The translations under genes and the position numbers were made by a program. From Bacteroidaceae bacterium (GTDB lineage: Bacteria > Bacteroidota > Bacteroidia > Bacteroidales > Bacteroidaceae), in NCBI GenBank assembly GCA_017645655.1, contig JAGCNZ010000096.1, forward strand, positions 24,187-88,186: a stretch of 64,000 nt of DNA, given 5' to 3'. The notes below the pieces were generated by a model. It did not search any database, was not told the origin of the DNA, and worked only from the letters and a program-made list of their open reading frames with translations. Below, piece after piece: positions 28,087 to 38,308 of the stretch (positions are counted from its first letter, which is position 1; each line of letters opens with the position of its first letter).

Positions 28087-28102
28087 ATAATAAAAACTGA
28101 AT

Positions 28103-29584
28103 ATGGCAAAAGAATTGGATTTCCTCACGAAACGCAGTGAGGACTACAGCAAATGGTACAACGAATTGGTGGTGAAGGCCGACCTGGCAGAACAGAGCGA
28201 CGTGCGTGGCTGCATGGTCATCAAGCCTTACGGATACGCTATCTGGGAGAAGATGCAACGCACCCTCGACGACATGTTCAAGGAGACGGGGGTGCAGAAC
28301 GCCTATTTCCCGCTGCTTATCCCCAAGAGTTTCCTCTCGAAGGAAGCGGAGCATGTGGAGGGTTTTGCAAAGGAGTGCGCCGTCGTGACGCACTATCGCC
28401 TCAAGACAAACGAGACGCACGATGGTGTGGTGGTCGACCCCGCAGCTCGTCTGGAGGAAGAACTCATCATCCGTCCTACTTCTGAAACCATTATTTGGAA
28501 TACCTTCAAGAACTGGATTCAGTCCTATCGCGATCTGCCTTTGCTGGTCAACCAGTGGTGCAACGTCATGAGGTGGGAGATGCGAACTCGCCTCTTCCTT
28601 CGTACAAGCGAGTTCCTCTGGCAGGAGGGCCACACGGCCCACGCTACTCGCGAAGAGGCCGAAGCGCGCGCTCAGCAGATGCTCAAGGTCTATGCAAAGT
28701 TCGCAGAAGATTATATGGCAGTGCCCGTCGTGCAAGGTGTCAAGAGCGAGACGGAGCGCTTCGCTGGTGCCCTCGATACTTACACAATCGAGGCTATGAT
28801 GCAAGACGGCAAGGCTCTGCAAAGCGGCACCAGTCACTTCCTTGGTCAGAACTTCGGCAAAGCCTTTGAGGTGCAGTTCCTCAACAAGGAGAACAAGCCC
28901 GAATATGCTTGGGCAACGTCGTGGGGCGTCAGCACTCGACTGATGGGTGCTCTCATCATGACACATAGCGACGATAACGGCCTTGTCCTTCCTCCGGCAC
29001 TTGCTCCCATTCAGGTAGTTATCATACCTATTGGTGGCAAGCCCGAGCAAATGGCAGCAGTCGATGCGGCAGTCGCTCCAATCATTGACGAACTTAAGAA
29101 GAAAGGCATCAGTGTCAAGTACGACAACGCCGACAACAAGCGTCCGGGCTTCAAGTTTGCCGACTACGAACTGAAGGGTGTGCCTGTGCGTCTCGTGCTG
29201 GGTGCAAGAGATTTGGAGAACGGCACAGTCGAGGTGATGCGTCGCGACACGCTCGAGAAGGAGACGCGTCCTCTGGAAGGTATCGTTGCGTACGTCGAGA
29301 ATCTGCTTGATGATATCCAGAAGAACATCTTCACAAAGGCTAAGACCTTCCGTGATGCACATATCTACGAGTGCGACAACTATGAGGAGTTCAAGGAACG
29401 CGTCAAGGACGGCGGTTTCTTCCTCTGTCATTGGGACGGCACAGCCGAGACGGAAGCCCGAATCAAGGAAGAGACGCAAGCCACAATCCGCTGCGTCCCC
29501 TTCGGCTTTGAGCAGACGCCAGGTGTGGATATGGTAACCGGTAAACCAAGCAAGGCGCGTGTCCTCATCGCAAGAAGTTACTAA
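28103..29584 (+). CDS. proS: Proline--tRNA ligase (archaeal/eukaryote-like type)
   Basis: 493 aa with class II aaRS motifs ([16 protein letters not shown]; [10 protein letters not shown]), an anticodon-binding domain, and a C-terminal zinc-domain-like tail ending in Y. Confidence 0.95.
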   Translation: MAKELDFLTKRSEDYSKWYNELVVKADLAEQSDVRGCMVIKPYGYAIWEKMQRTLDDMFKETGVQNAYFPLLIPKSFLSKEAEHVEGFAKECAVVTHYRLKTNETHDGVVVDPAARLEEELIIRPTSETIIWNTFKNWIQSYRDLPLLVNQWCNVMRWEMRTRLFLRTSEFLWQEGHTAHATREEAEARAQQMLKVYAKFAEDYMAVPVVQGVKSETERFAGALDTYTIEAMMQDGKALQSGTSHFLGQNFGKAFEVQFLNKENKPEYAWATSWGVSTRLMGALIMTHSDDNGLVLPPALAPIQVVIIPIGGKPEQMAAVDAAVAPIIDELKKKGISVKYDNADNKRPGFKFADYELKGVPVRLVLGARDLENGTVEVMRRDTLEKETRPLEGIVAYVENLLDDIQKNIFTKAKTFRDAHIYECDNYEEFKERVKDGGFFLCHWDGTAETEARIKEETQATIRCVPFGFEQTPGVDMVTGKPSKARVLIARSY

Positions 29585-30842
29585 AAGAACCCCTCTTCGT
29601 GGCGGATGGTTCGTGACCCTCTTTGCTGCGGAAGAGATTCCCGCGGCAATCGTCACCTATGTTGCCTTGCTGATGCTCCTCCAGATGGGGTTGGCACCGG
29701 CAATGGCAACGCTTTTTTCTGCTCTCCTCTTTGTTCCCTGGGTACTGAAGTCCTTCATGCGTGCATGGGTAAGAAGGGTGGGGAACTTCAAGCAGATGCT
29801 TCATCTCATCGAAGCTTTGCTCTTCGTGAGTCTTATCCTCTTAGCTTTTTCTTTCAGGCGAGGACCGTTTGCAGTGTTCTTCGCTCTGCTGCTTGTCAGC
29901 CTCCTTTGCGCATGGCACGAACTGGCGGCTCGCATGTACTATGAGCGCATGCTGCGACCTGTCTTCCAACGTCTGCTGACTGCTCCCAAACTGGCATGTT
30001 CCCAGGTTTCAGTCATCTTTACTTACGGCGCCCTCATCTTCCTGGTCGGAACGCTGCAAGTATATTTCAGGCAGATGATTCGATACTCGTGGGCGATGGG
30101 TTGCTACGTGGCAGCAGGACTGTTCCTGCTCTTCGCTTTCCATCACCTCATCTGGTTGAGGAGCCCACGCGTCGGCGACAGTGGAGCGAAGCATAGTGTC
30201 GGAGAATCCGTAAAAGCGGAGTTGCGCATCATAGATCGTATCCGTCATCAAGACCATTGGTGGCAACCTGTACTCATCCTGCTCCTGTTGCTCTTGCCGC
30301 AAGGACTCATGTTCCACGCGCGCGTATTATATTTATATATGTCGCGCGCGCAAGGCGGACTGCAATGCACTATGCAGGAGATTGGTTTCGCCCAGGGCAC
30401 TGTAGGCGTCATTGCCTTCAGCATCGGACTCTTCCTCGGACGTAGGTTCATCAGGCACTACAGCCTTGAACGCCTCTTCTGGCCGATGGCATTGAGCATC
30501 GTGCTCTCTCCCTTCGTCTATCTGGGCATGACCTTCTGGCCGCCTCATTCCTTATGGCAACTCTGCCTCTGCACCATGTCCGCCCAGTTCCTGTTCGGTT
30601 TGGGGCTCAGCGTTTGCCGTCTCCCCATCAGCACCATATCGGGTGCTCGCTACCGCAACACCATCAACATGCTGCAGATACCGCTTGTCTCTGCCGCCAT
30701 GCTTGTGCCCATGGCAATGAGTGGCTGGTTGGTAGAGCAGCTGGGCTTCGATGCCTTCTTCTTCATGAATGCTCTCTCTGCCCCGTTCAGCCTGTTGGGC
30801 ATCTTCCTCCTAAAGCGTAGGGAAATTCCTCACACACTTTAG
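29559..30842 (+). CDS. Polytopic membrane protein, MFS/AmpG-like transporter (start uncertain)
   Basis: About 12 predicted TM helices. The track start at 29559 is GTG and overlaps proS by 26 nt. An alternative GTG lies at 29613. Confidence 0.45.
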   Translation: MSSSQEVTKRTPLRGGWFVTLFAAEEIPAAIVTYVALLMLLQMGLAPAMATLFSALLFVPWVLKSFMRAWVRRVGNFKQMLHLIEALLFVSLILLAFSFRRGPFAVFFALLLVSLLCAWHELAARMYYERMLRPVFQRLLTAPKLACSQVSVIFTYGALIFLVGTLQVYFRQMIRYSWAMGCYVAAGLFLLFAFHHLIWLRSPRVGDSGAKHSVGESVKAELRIIDRIRHQDHWWQPVLILLLLLLPQGLMFHARVLYLYMSRAQGGLQCTMQEIGFAQGTVGVIAFSIGLFLGRRFIRHYSLERLFWPMALSIVLSPFVYLGMTFWPPHSLWQLCLCTMSAQFLFGLGLSVCRLPISTISGARYRNTINMLQIPLVSAAMLVPMAMSGWLVEQLGFDAFFFMNALSAPFSLLGIFLLKRREIPHTL

Positions 30843-30876
30843 GGAAATACATCCTTCTTCCCTCAGATTATTGCCG

Positions 30877-30884
30877 TACCTTTG
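30877..30884 (+). promoter_or_regulatory. -7 box (TACCTTTG) upstream of the Arg/Glu/Met-repeat protein gene
   Basis: Lies 135 nt upstream of ATG 31019 and is followed by the hairpin gccattgc...gcaatggc. Confidence 0.35.
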
Positions 30885-31018
30885 CCATTGCAATAAGGAA
30901 GCAATGGCGACTACGGGCTTCGGCTCAGCGAAGATTAAGCAAGCTTACCTCCGCGTTCACCTTGCACCGTAGTTGCAACAAAAACCAGATTGTTGAACAC
31001 TCTTAAAAAGCAAAGGTT

Positions 31019-31402
31019 ATGAAAAAGATGATTTACTTCGCCGCATTTGCCATCATGATGGCTATGGGCAACATGAATGCATACGCAAAGGTTGGTGCTA
31101 AGCACAATGAGTATCATATGAACGAGAGAGGCATCGTAGTGGCTCATCATGGAGACCATGGCATGCCCGCCGTTCACAAGATGTCAAAGCACGAACGTCG
31201 TATGATTGAGGAGCGTCGTCGTATGGAAGAGCGCAGAAGAATGGAGGAGGCACGCCGCATTGAAGAGATGCGTCGCATGGAAGCCCGCCGCCGTCACATG
31301 GCTCACCATCATAACGTCGTAGTTGTAAATAACAATGTCGTTGCTGGTGCGGCAGCTGGTGCAGCGGTAGCAGCACTCATCGGAGTCCTCATGAGCCAAT
31401 AG
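31019..31402 (+). CDS. Small exported protein with His-rich segments, (R/E/M)-repeat helix and C-terminal Gly/Ala TM anchor
   Basis: 127 aa. Signal peptide ending NAYA, HHGDHGMPAVH, the repeat ERRMIEERRRMEERRRMEEARRIEEMRRMEARRRHMAHHH, then AGAAAGAAVAALIGVLM. Confidence 0.6.
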   Translation: MKKMIYFAAFAIMMAMGNMNAYAKVGAKHNEYHMNERGIVVAHHGDHGMPAVHKMSKHERRMIEERRRMEERRRMEEARRIEEMRRMEARRRHMAHHHNVVVVNNNVVAGAAAGAAVAALIGVLMSQ

Positions 31403-31426
31403 ACAGAAACAGACAGTCAAAACAAA

Positions 31427-31458
31427 AAGAGGCAGACGAATCAAATCGTCTGCCTCTT
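31427..31458. terminator. Bidirectional rho-independent terminator
   Basis: A 13-bp stem (aagaggcagacga / tcgtctgcctctt) is flanked by an A-run upstream and a T-rich tract downstream. It lies between convergent genes. Confidence 0.65.
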
Positions 31459-31518
31459 TGCTTATGCTATAGCCATAAACTAAATTGTAAATAGCATATG
31501 GCTAAATAGTAAATGGTG

Positions 31519-31686
31519 TTACCATTCCTCGTTCCAAACATTGACGTCCTTGTTTTCCTTAGTTAGGATTTGACCTGGATTGTCGATTTCTTCATCACCG
31601 CCGCCGATGGGCAGTGACTCTGCCATCATTTGAAGAGTGCCAAGCTCAACAATAATGCTCTCTGGTTGATTATATGTCTTTTTCAT
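31519..31686 (-). CDS. Unannotated 55-aa sORF, translationally coupled to the upstream T9SS giant gene
   Basis: I translated it by hand as MKKTYNQPESIIVELGTLQMMAESLPIGGGDEEIDNPGQILTKENKDVNVWNEEW. Its ATG overlaps the upstream TAA as TAATG. It is below the ORF-track length cutoff. Confidence 0.35.
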   Translation of the reverse strand: MKKTYNQPESIIVELGTLQMMAESLPIGGGDEEIDNPGQILTKENKDVNVWNEEW

Positions 31687-34600
31687 TAGAACAAAACTTT
31701 TTTACCGTTAATAATGTTAATGCCTTTCTGTACCTTATTGATGCGCTGACCAGCGAGGTTGTAGATAGCACCGTTAAGGTTATCGTTAACGTTAAGGTCG
31801 CTTATGCCTGTAGCATCATCGTCGAAGCCATAGAACTCCTTAATACCTGCAGTAACAGCGAGGTATGCCTTGCGGGCAGGAATTGTGATGCCTGACTGGA
31901 CTTTGTAGAAGCCTACACCAGATGTCTTGTTTGCTAGGCAATACTGTGTGCCATCGGAAACAATAGCTTCATCAGAATAAGTCAGGTCATTGGCCACGCT
32001 CAGAGTTATGCTGACACTTGTGTTGTTATAGTAGTAGTTGCCTTCTGCTGCCTTGACAACAAATGCGTTGTCGGCAGGAACTTCTGTAACTTCTTCCAAG
32101 TGAAGCGAAGTGCCATTGTTCTGTCCTGCATATACTGTAACGCCTTCAGGAAGTGATGCGATGTTGACAGTCGGCACGAAGGAAGCATAGCCATGCTCGC
32201 CTACACTCAGCTGATAAACCTTAGGCTTGTTGAAGTCAATTGTAGGATATGTGTCAGTGTCACCAAGGGACTGATAGAATGCGATTTCACTTTGGTCACC
32301 ATTCAACAGATAGCAGAGCTCGCCGGAAGCGAGAGTTGCATCAGCGGCTTCTGTAATCTGTCCATTGTCGTGATTCTCTGTTGAGTTGTCAGTTCCACTT
32401 CCTTCGGTATAATAACAATTGGTAAAGTAGCATCCATTATTGCGGCCGAAAGCTTTGGAAGTGTTTTCACCATTCTTAATTGTTCCGCTGTTGTAGCAGT
32501 TGCGGACATTAGACCAACCTCCGCCGAGCCAACCAGACATGGCACCGCCTTCGCGGTTAGATGTAACATCGCCTGTGTTATAGCAATTAAGTAAAATAAT
32601 AGACGCACTACCATTTTGGTTAACGCCAATGATGCCTGCGCCGTTGGCTCCTTTAGCTGTGATGGTAGCCTCGTTACCGCAATACCAGATATCTGTCTTC
32701 TGGGCATTGCTGCTGCCTCCGTTTGTACCTCCAGCGATACCGCCTACATAATCATTTCCTATGACTGTTCCCTTGACGATGACTTTCTCAATGAGCACAC
32801 CGTCTGTTATGACACCGAAGAGGCCTTGGTAGTTGTAACCAGGATTGTTGATGTTAAGTGTAACAGAGTGTCCCTGACCATTGAAGTGGCCAGTGTAGGG
32901 ATGATCTGTAGAGCCAATGGGAGTATATCCATACTGATTTTCTGATGCCATAGTTATGTCTGCAGTCAATTCGGCATTCACAGTTGTTGCTCCCGCATTG
33001 ACTATATTAGAGAAGTCTCTTAGCTGTTCCATATTAGCTATTTGAATCTTGTCATTAACCAAACCGTAATTATAATAGTTAGGTGTATGGTCAGAACCAT
33101 AGAATACTCTCTGGCTTGTGTTGAATGGGAGAGGAGTTGCGTCTGTACCAAGAGTTTGGTACCAATCTGCGCCACCACTCTGGTTTCCGTTCAGTTTGTA
33201 GCAGAGCTCGCCTGAAACAAGTTTTGCATCGTTTGAAGCAACCTTGTGGCAGTTTGTGACAGTAGGATTGTTGCGGGAGAAGTCACCGCTGTTACCGTTC
33301 TGCGTATATTCAACGGGAGCAACGAGACAGTTGATATACTTGTTGTTGTTGCCACTGCCAGCCCAGCCAACGAGACCACCATTACCTTCGGCAGTGCCGG
33401 CATTGATAGAACCAAGAAACGCACAGTTCTTGAGCGTCACCTGAGCTTCCATGTTGGCAAAGAGGCCGCCACAGGTAGCATCACCATTTGAGCCTGTATA
33501 GCTGACGGCTGTCCTTACAACGACATTCTCAATAAGTGTTCCATCGTTATCAGAACGACCGCCGAGACCGCCTACACAATTGTTGCCGGCAGAGGTTGCG
33601 CTACCTTCCACAACAAGGTTTCTGATGGTTGCTGAATTGATGTATGCGAAGAGACCTGTGCGGTCTGTTGTGCCGTTGTTTACGATATCAATGGTAATGG
33701 TATGTCCCTGACCATCAAAAGTTCCACAATATGCTAATGACTGGCTTGTGCCAATGAAGCCTTGCTTGTATGAGGTGTAGTCGATGTTTGCTGTCAGTTT
33801 TGCTTTGGCTTTTGCATTAACCTCTTTCACATAATCAGCGAACCAGTGTAAGTCGTTGGCTGTACCGATTGTATAGTAACCCTCGCCATCGGGTGTGAGA
33901 TATGCCTCGTGTAAAGAATTACAAACAGTGCAATATCCATCAGCAAAATTGTGTGATGGCATTGATGATGGGTCGTTACTATAACCGGATGCTGACGATC
34001 CGTCACAATTAGAACTATTTGCATAGACTTGGCTATGTGTAGAGAATGGTAAAGGAATATTATCAACTGTACCTGTTAGATTTTGGAACCATTTGATATC
34101 GGTTTGTTTGCTATTCAGTTTGAAGCAAAGTTCACCCGAAGCAGCAGTAGTAGATGCTAAGCGAGTTCCTTGGTCACCTTGCTCTGTAAGATTATAGCAG
34201 TTGATGGCAAGAACACTTCCGCTGTTGCGATAAAGCTCTGCATTGCCTTCAAGGGCAGTAGTTATCGTTCCACTATTCCAGCAATTAGTGAAAGTGGTTC
34301 GATCCTGAGTCCATCCTGCAAATGCAGCGCATTGTCCACCCTGACCAGTTATGGTACCAGTGTTGGCGCAATTTGTGGCTGTAATCTTTGTCCTGTCTGT
34401 TGCACATCCAATGAGACCAGCAGCATTGGCATCAGTGTCGCCAGTGGAGGTTATATTTGCCTTATTAATGACATTAGTAAGGGTTACTTCGCCACCATCA
34501 CGAGCGAAACCGGCAATGCCACCGACTTTAGCGACACCTGTGAATGAACTATTCGCACCGATTATAAGATTGTGAATGTTTGCACCATTGGCAACATAAG

Positions 34601-35243
34601 TGAAAAGTCCGACCCGTCCGTATGCACATGTGGCAACAGCATAGTCGATGGTGTGATTGTTACCGTCAAATTCACCTTTGAACTTGAATTTATCAGATGC
34701 CATGCATACAAAGTTTCCATCGAAAGTAAGATCTGTAGTAAGGCGAGCCTTTGCGGTATTTGTGTTTCCTGATGCGATGTATGCAGCAAAATACCAATAG
34801 TCGTTCAAATTTGAGATGAGAAAGTAGTCTCCCTCCTTTGAAGGCTCGGTCAGTTTCTCTGCCTTAATTTTCTTTGTGCTGGTGTTAAAGCTGACCAGAT
34901 ACATGCCTTCTTCGGCAACACGGAACTGTTTATCACCATCATTTGTAGTAGAAAAGTCCTGCCAGTTAGAGGTAAGAGTTTGACCTTCAGAAGTAGCCCA
35001 AATGCCGTTGTTATCAAATTCGTCAGCTCCATTGGGTATTTTGAAGGTATCGCCTTCGCCAGCCGTCAACCTGACAGCTGCAACCCAAGTATCGGTTCCT
35101 GTTTGCGTGGCGCGTACTGTACTTCTTTGCCACTCGCCAGTGTTCCATCCACATTCGGTGGCACTGCCAACGAGATAATACTCATCTGCCCAGCCAGGCA
35201 GTACTGCTGCGGCGAGCAATAGCGTGATTAATAGTTTTTTCAT
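31686..35243 (-). CDS. Large secreted GLUG-motif repeat protein with T9SS C-terminal sorting domain
   Basis: 1185 aa with a signal peptide. It has repeated VGG(I/L)(A/G)G...NCYN.G modules (GLUG-like), ELCYKLN motifs, and the C-terminus GAIYNLAGQRINKVQKGINIINGKKVLF. Confidence 0.7.
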   Translation of the reverse strand: MKKLLITLLLAAAVLPGWADEYYLVGSATECGWNTGEWQRSTVRATQTGTDTWVAAVRLTAGEGDTFKIPNGADEFDNNGIWATSEGQTLTSNWQDFSTTNDGDKQFRVAEEGMYLVSFNTSTKKIKAEKLTEPSKEGDYFLISNLNDYWYFAAYIASGNTNTAKARLTTDLTFDGNFVCMASDKFKFKGEFDGNNHTIDYAVATCAYGRVGLFTYVANGANIHNLIIGANSSFTGVAKVGGIAGFARDGGEVTLTNVINKANITSTGDTDANAAGLIGCATDRTKITATNCANTGTITGQGGQCAAFAGWTQDRTTFTNCWNSGTITTALEGNAELYRNSGSVLAINCYNLTEQGDQGTRLASTTAASGELCFKLNSKQTDIKWFQNLTGTVDNIPLPFSTHSQVYANSSNCDGSSASGYSNDPSSMPSHNFADGYCTVCNSLHEAYLTPDGEGYYTIGTANDLHWFADYVKEVNAKAKAKLTANIDYTSYKQGFIGTSQSLAYCGTFDGQGHTITIDIVNNGTTDRTGLFAYINSATIRNLVVEGSATSAGNNCVGGLGGRSDNDGTLIENVVVRTAVSYTGSNGDATCGGLFANMEAQVTLKNCAFLGSINAGTAEGNGGLVGWAGSGNNNKYINCLVAPVEYTQNGNSGDFSRNNPTVTNCHKVASNDAKLVSGELCYKLNGNQSGGADWYQTLGTDATPLPFNTSQRVFYGSDHTPNYYNYGLVNDKIQIANMEQLRDFSNIVNAGATTVNAELTADITMASENQYGYTPIGSTDHPYTGHFNGQGHSVTLNINNPGYNYQGLFGVITDGVLIEKVIVKGTVIGNDYVGGIAGGTNGGSSNAQKTDIWYCGNEATITAKGANGAGIIGVNQNGSASIILLNCYNTGDVTSNREGGAMSGWLGGGWSNVRNCYNSGTIKNGENTSKAFGRNNGCYFTNCYYTEGSGTDNSTENHDNGQITEAADATLASGELCYLLNGDQSEIAFYQSLGDTDTYPTIDFNKPKVYQLSVGEHGYASFVPTVNIASLPEGVTVYAGQNNGTSLHLEEVTEVPADNAFVVKAAEGNYYYNNTSVSITLSVANDLTYSDEAIVSDGTQYCLANKTSGVGFYKVQSGITIPARKAYLAVTAGIKEFYGFDDDATGISDLNVNDNLNGAIYNLAGQRINKVQKGINIINGKKVLF

Positions 35244-35308
35244 TCTTGTTTTGATATTTAATGGATAAAATTATACTTGTTTTGTTCGCTTATGTGCATA
35301 TTTCGTTA

Positions 35309-35316
35309 CAAAATTA
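35309..35316 (-). promoter_or_regulatory. -7 box (TAATTTTG on the minus strand) for the GLUG/T9SS gene
   Basis: The plus strand reads caaaatta, 66 nt upstream of ATG 35243. Confidence 0.35.
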
Positions 35317-35589
35317 CACATTATTTATAAATAAAGGTATCATATCTTGCTAAAAAAGCATATATGTGTGACCGGTTGGGTAAAATAATATGATTACGGC
35401 CAGCGCTCCTGCAAAATATGGCAAAGACGATGTGTTATGTTACTGGTTCCTGCTGGGGAGGTTGCAAAACTCTGCAGGCGTGTTTCGTTGATTGGTCATG
35501 AATGTTCAATTGAATCATCATGATGATTCAACGAACGCACTGTGCGATGACATGAATCAGACCCTGTGCTGATTGGCATTTCGGCATGG

Positions 35590-35645
35590 AAAAAATAAAA
35601 ACGCCAGACTTCGTCCGACAAATGACTGTGTCGGGTGAAGTCTGG
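35590..35645 (-). terminator. Rho-independent terminator after the aminotransferase gene
   Basis: The minus strand reads ccagacttcacccgaca...tgtcggacgaagtctgg, followed by CGTTTTTATTTTTT. Confidence 0.7.
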
Positions 35646-35706
35646 TGCGGTATGTTATATATATTAATGCAGTATATTATATATATAATAATGTATAGGA
35701 GGCTTG

Positions 35707-36903
35707 CTATTTCAGGCGGGCGAGTGTCTCCTTGATGCGGCGCATGGCTTCTGTGATGTTCTCGTCGCTGGTGGCATAGCTCATGCGGAAGCACTCGGGG
35801 GAACCAAAGGCGTCGCCGCCTACAGTTGCCACGTGTCCCACTTCCAGCAGGTACATGGCGAGGTCGGTGCTGCTGTTGATGACTCTGTCGCCGTCCTTCT
35901 TGCCAAAGAAGCTGCTGCACTTCGGGAAGAGATAGAAGGCTCCCTGAGGATCGTTGACCTCGAGGCCAGGTATCTCTTTTGCGAGGCGAACGATGAGATT
36001 CTTGCGTCTTTCGAAAGCCTGACGCATGTCCTCGACACATTGCTGCGGGCCGGCAAAGGCGGCTTCTGCTGCCTTCTGACTGACGGAGCAAGGTCCGCTG
36101 GTGTATTGTCCCTGCAGCTTGTTGCAACCCTTCACTATCCACTCGGGCGCTGCGATGAAGCCGATGCGCCATCCTGTCATGGCGTAGGCCTTGCTAACGC
36201 CATTGATGACGACCACTCTCTCCTTGATTTCGGGGAACTGAGCCATGCTGGCATGTTCGCCAACGTAGTTGATGTGCTCGTAGATTTCGTCGGCAATGAC
36301 GATGACCTCCTCGTGACGAAGCAGCACGTCCTTCAGCGCCTCGAGTTCCTTCTTGCTATAGACCGAGCCGGTCGGGTTGCTGGGAGAGCAAAGGATGAGT
36401 GCCTTTGTCTTTGGCGTGATAGCGGCTTCGAGCTGTTCAGGCGTAATCTTGAAGTCCTGCTCTATGGTTGCCTCGATGAAGACGGGCGTGCCCTCGGCCA
36501 AGAGCACCATCTGCGGATAGCTGACCCAATAAGGTGCGGGAATGATGACTTCGTCTCCTGCGTTGACAATCGCCATGATGGTGTTGCAGACACTCTGCTT
36601 GGCACCATTGCTGCAAAGGATTTGCGACGGAGCGTACTCCAAGCCGTTCTCGTTCTTCAGCTTGTTGACGATAGCCTTCTTCAGCTCGGGATAACCCGGA
36701 ACAGGGCTGTAGCGGCTGTAGTTTTCCTCAACAGCCTTGATGGCTGCCGCCTTGATGTGGTCGGGCGTATTGAAGTCGGGTTCGCCTACACTCATGTTGA
36801 TGACGTCCACGCCTTGCGCCTTGAGTTCGCTGCTTCGCTGGCTCATGGCAAGCGTTGCACTGGGTGAGAGACGGTTCAGCCTCTCGGAAAGATTCGTTTT
36901 CAT
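35707..36903 (-). CDS. PLP-dependent aminotransferase, class I (aspartate aminotransferase-like)
   Basis: 398 aa. LSPSATLAM...INMSVGEPDF, NPTGSVYS and VINGVSKAYAMTGWRIG (PLP-binding Lys). Confidence 0.85.
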   Translation of the reverse strand: MKTNLSERLNRLSPSATLAMSQRSSELKAQGVDVINMSVGEPDFNTPDHIKAAAIKAVEENYSRYSPVPGYPELKKAIVNKLKNENGLEYAPSQILCSNGAKQSVCNTIMAIVNAGDEVIIPAPYWVSYPQMVLLAEGTPVFIEATIEQDFKITPEQLEAAITPKTKALILCSPSNPTGSVYSKKELEALKDVLLRHEEVIVIADEIYEHINYVGEHASMAQFPEIKERVVVINGVSKAYAMTGWRIGFIAAPEWIVKGCNKLQGQYTSGPCSVSQKAAEAAFAGPQQCVEDMRQAFERRKNLIVRLAKEIPGLEVNDPQGAFYLFPKCSSFFGKKDGDRVINSSTDLAMYLLEVGHVATVGGDAFGSPECFRMSYATSDENITEAMRRIKETLARLK

Positions 36904-37029
36904 GTTGTTATATTTATTTCGTTATGACGTTATTTCGTTATTTCGACTGCTTCGCCGAGACAAGGGCGGTAGCAAATTCTTCATTGACTTCGTCGAGCTA
37001 AAGCTTCTTCACTCTTCACTTTTCATTTC

Positions 37030-38235
37030 TTAGAGTTTGTGCCCCATTCGCGTGCGCTTTGTCTCGAGGTAGCGTCGGTTGTATTCGTTGGGTTCGACCA
37101 CAATGGGGACGTTCTCGACGATGGTGAGGCCGTAGCTTTCCAGGCCGACGCGTTTCACGGGATTGTTGGTGATGAGACGAATCTTGCCGACGCCCATCTC
37201 ACGGAGTATCTGAGCACCGACGCCGTATTCGCGTTCGTCGGGACGGAAGCCGAGGTGTATGTTGGCATCCACCGTGTCGTCGCCCTGCTCCTGCAGCTTG
37301 TAGGCAGCAATCTTGTTCATGAGTCCGATGCCGCGACCCTCCTGGCTGAGATAGACGATGAGGCCTTTGCCTTCCTTCTCAATCATGCGCATCGACTTGT
37401 GGAGCTGCTCGCCGCAATCGCAACGCTGACTGCCGAAGATGTCGCCCGTCATGCAGCTGGAGTGCATGCGGACCAGCACTGGCTCGTCCTCAGTCCATGT
37501 GCCTTTGTAGAGGACCACGTGCTCCAAGCCGTTGCTCTTCTGGCGGAAAGGAATGATGTGGAAGTGCCCGTCGGCCGTCGGCATATCGGCTTCCACGCCA
37601 CGCTCCACGAGAGATTCCTGGCGGAGGCGATAGGCGATGAGGTCGCGGATGCTGATAATCTTGAGACCATGCTCGCGAGCAACCTCCTTGAGCTGCGGCA
37701 TGCGCGCCATCGTGCCGTCCTCGTTGAGGATTTCTATCAAGGCAGCTGCCGGCTGTAGGCCAGAGAGACGGGCGAGGTCGACTGCCGCTTCCGTGTGACC
37801 TGCCCTGCGGAGAACGCCTTTGTCCTGTGCATAGAGAGGATTGATGTGCCCTGGCCGTCCGAAGTCAGACGGTTTGCGATTGGGGTCGGCAAGCGCGCGG
37901 ATGGTGGCCGCCCTGTCGTGTGTGCTGACACCTGTTGTGCAACCTTCCAGCAGGTCCACTGTCACGGTAAACGGTGTGCCGAGCATACTTGTGTTGTCTT
38001 CCACCTGATGGTCCAACTCGAGCTCAGCTGCACGGCTCATCGTGATAGGCGCACAGAGCACGCCTCGGCCGTTGCGCAGCATGAAGTTGACCTTTTCGGG
38101 CGTAATCATCTCGGCAGCCGTGATGAAGTCACCTTCGTTCTCGCGGTCCTCATCATCAACGACGATGACAAACTTCCCTTGCCGGAAGTCCTCGAGACCC
38201 GCTTCGATGGAGCTTAGATTTAATTCATAATCCAT
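37030..38235 (-). CDS. ribBA: Bifunctional 3,4-dihydroxy-2-butanone-4-phosphate synthase / GTP cyclohydrolase II
   Basis: 401 aa. [12 protein letters not shown] (DHBPS) and [20 protein letters not shown] (GCH-II Zn site). Confidence 0.95.
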   Translation of the reverse strand: MDYELNLSSIEAGLEDFRQGKFVIVVDDEDRENEGDFITAAEMITPEKVNFMLRNGRGVLCAPITMSRAAELELDHQVEDNTSMLGTPFTVTVDLLEGCTTGVSTHDRAATIRALADPNRKPSDFGRPGHINPLYAQDKGVLRRAGHTEAAVDLARLSGLQPAAALIEILNEDGTMARMPQLKEVAREHGLKIISIRDLIAYRLRQESLVERGVEADMPTADGHFHIIPFRQKSNGLEHVVLYKGTWTEDEPVLVRMHSSCMTGDIFGSQRCDCGEQLHKSMRMIEKEGKGLIVYLSQEGRGIGLMNKIAAYKLQEQGDDTVDANIHLGFRPDEREYGVGAQILREMGVGKIRLITNNPVKRVGLESYGLTIVENVPIVVEPNEYNRRYLETKRTRMGHKL

Positions 38236-38308
38236 AATTCATAATTCATAGTTGACCTCTTCCATACCTTCACGAGGGAAGGCATCCTGTTTCTCTCCCT
38301 CAGGGGAG

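Noticed and set aside
28034-29656. A 540-aa ORF on the minus strand, opposite proS.
   Set aside because: It lies entirely antisense to a strongly supported proS gene. It has no recognisable motifs and a Cys/His/Leu/Val-rich composition typical of shadow ORFs in GC-rich coding DNA.
38236-38308. An FMN riboswitch upstream of ribBA.
   Set aside because: Only 73 nt separate the ribBA ATG from the upstream lptF/G-like stop, which is too short for an FMN aptamer plus expression platform. I could not see the conserved FMN-element sequence blocks.
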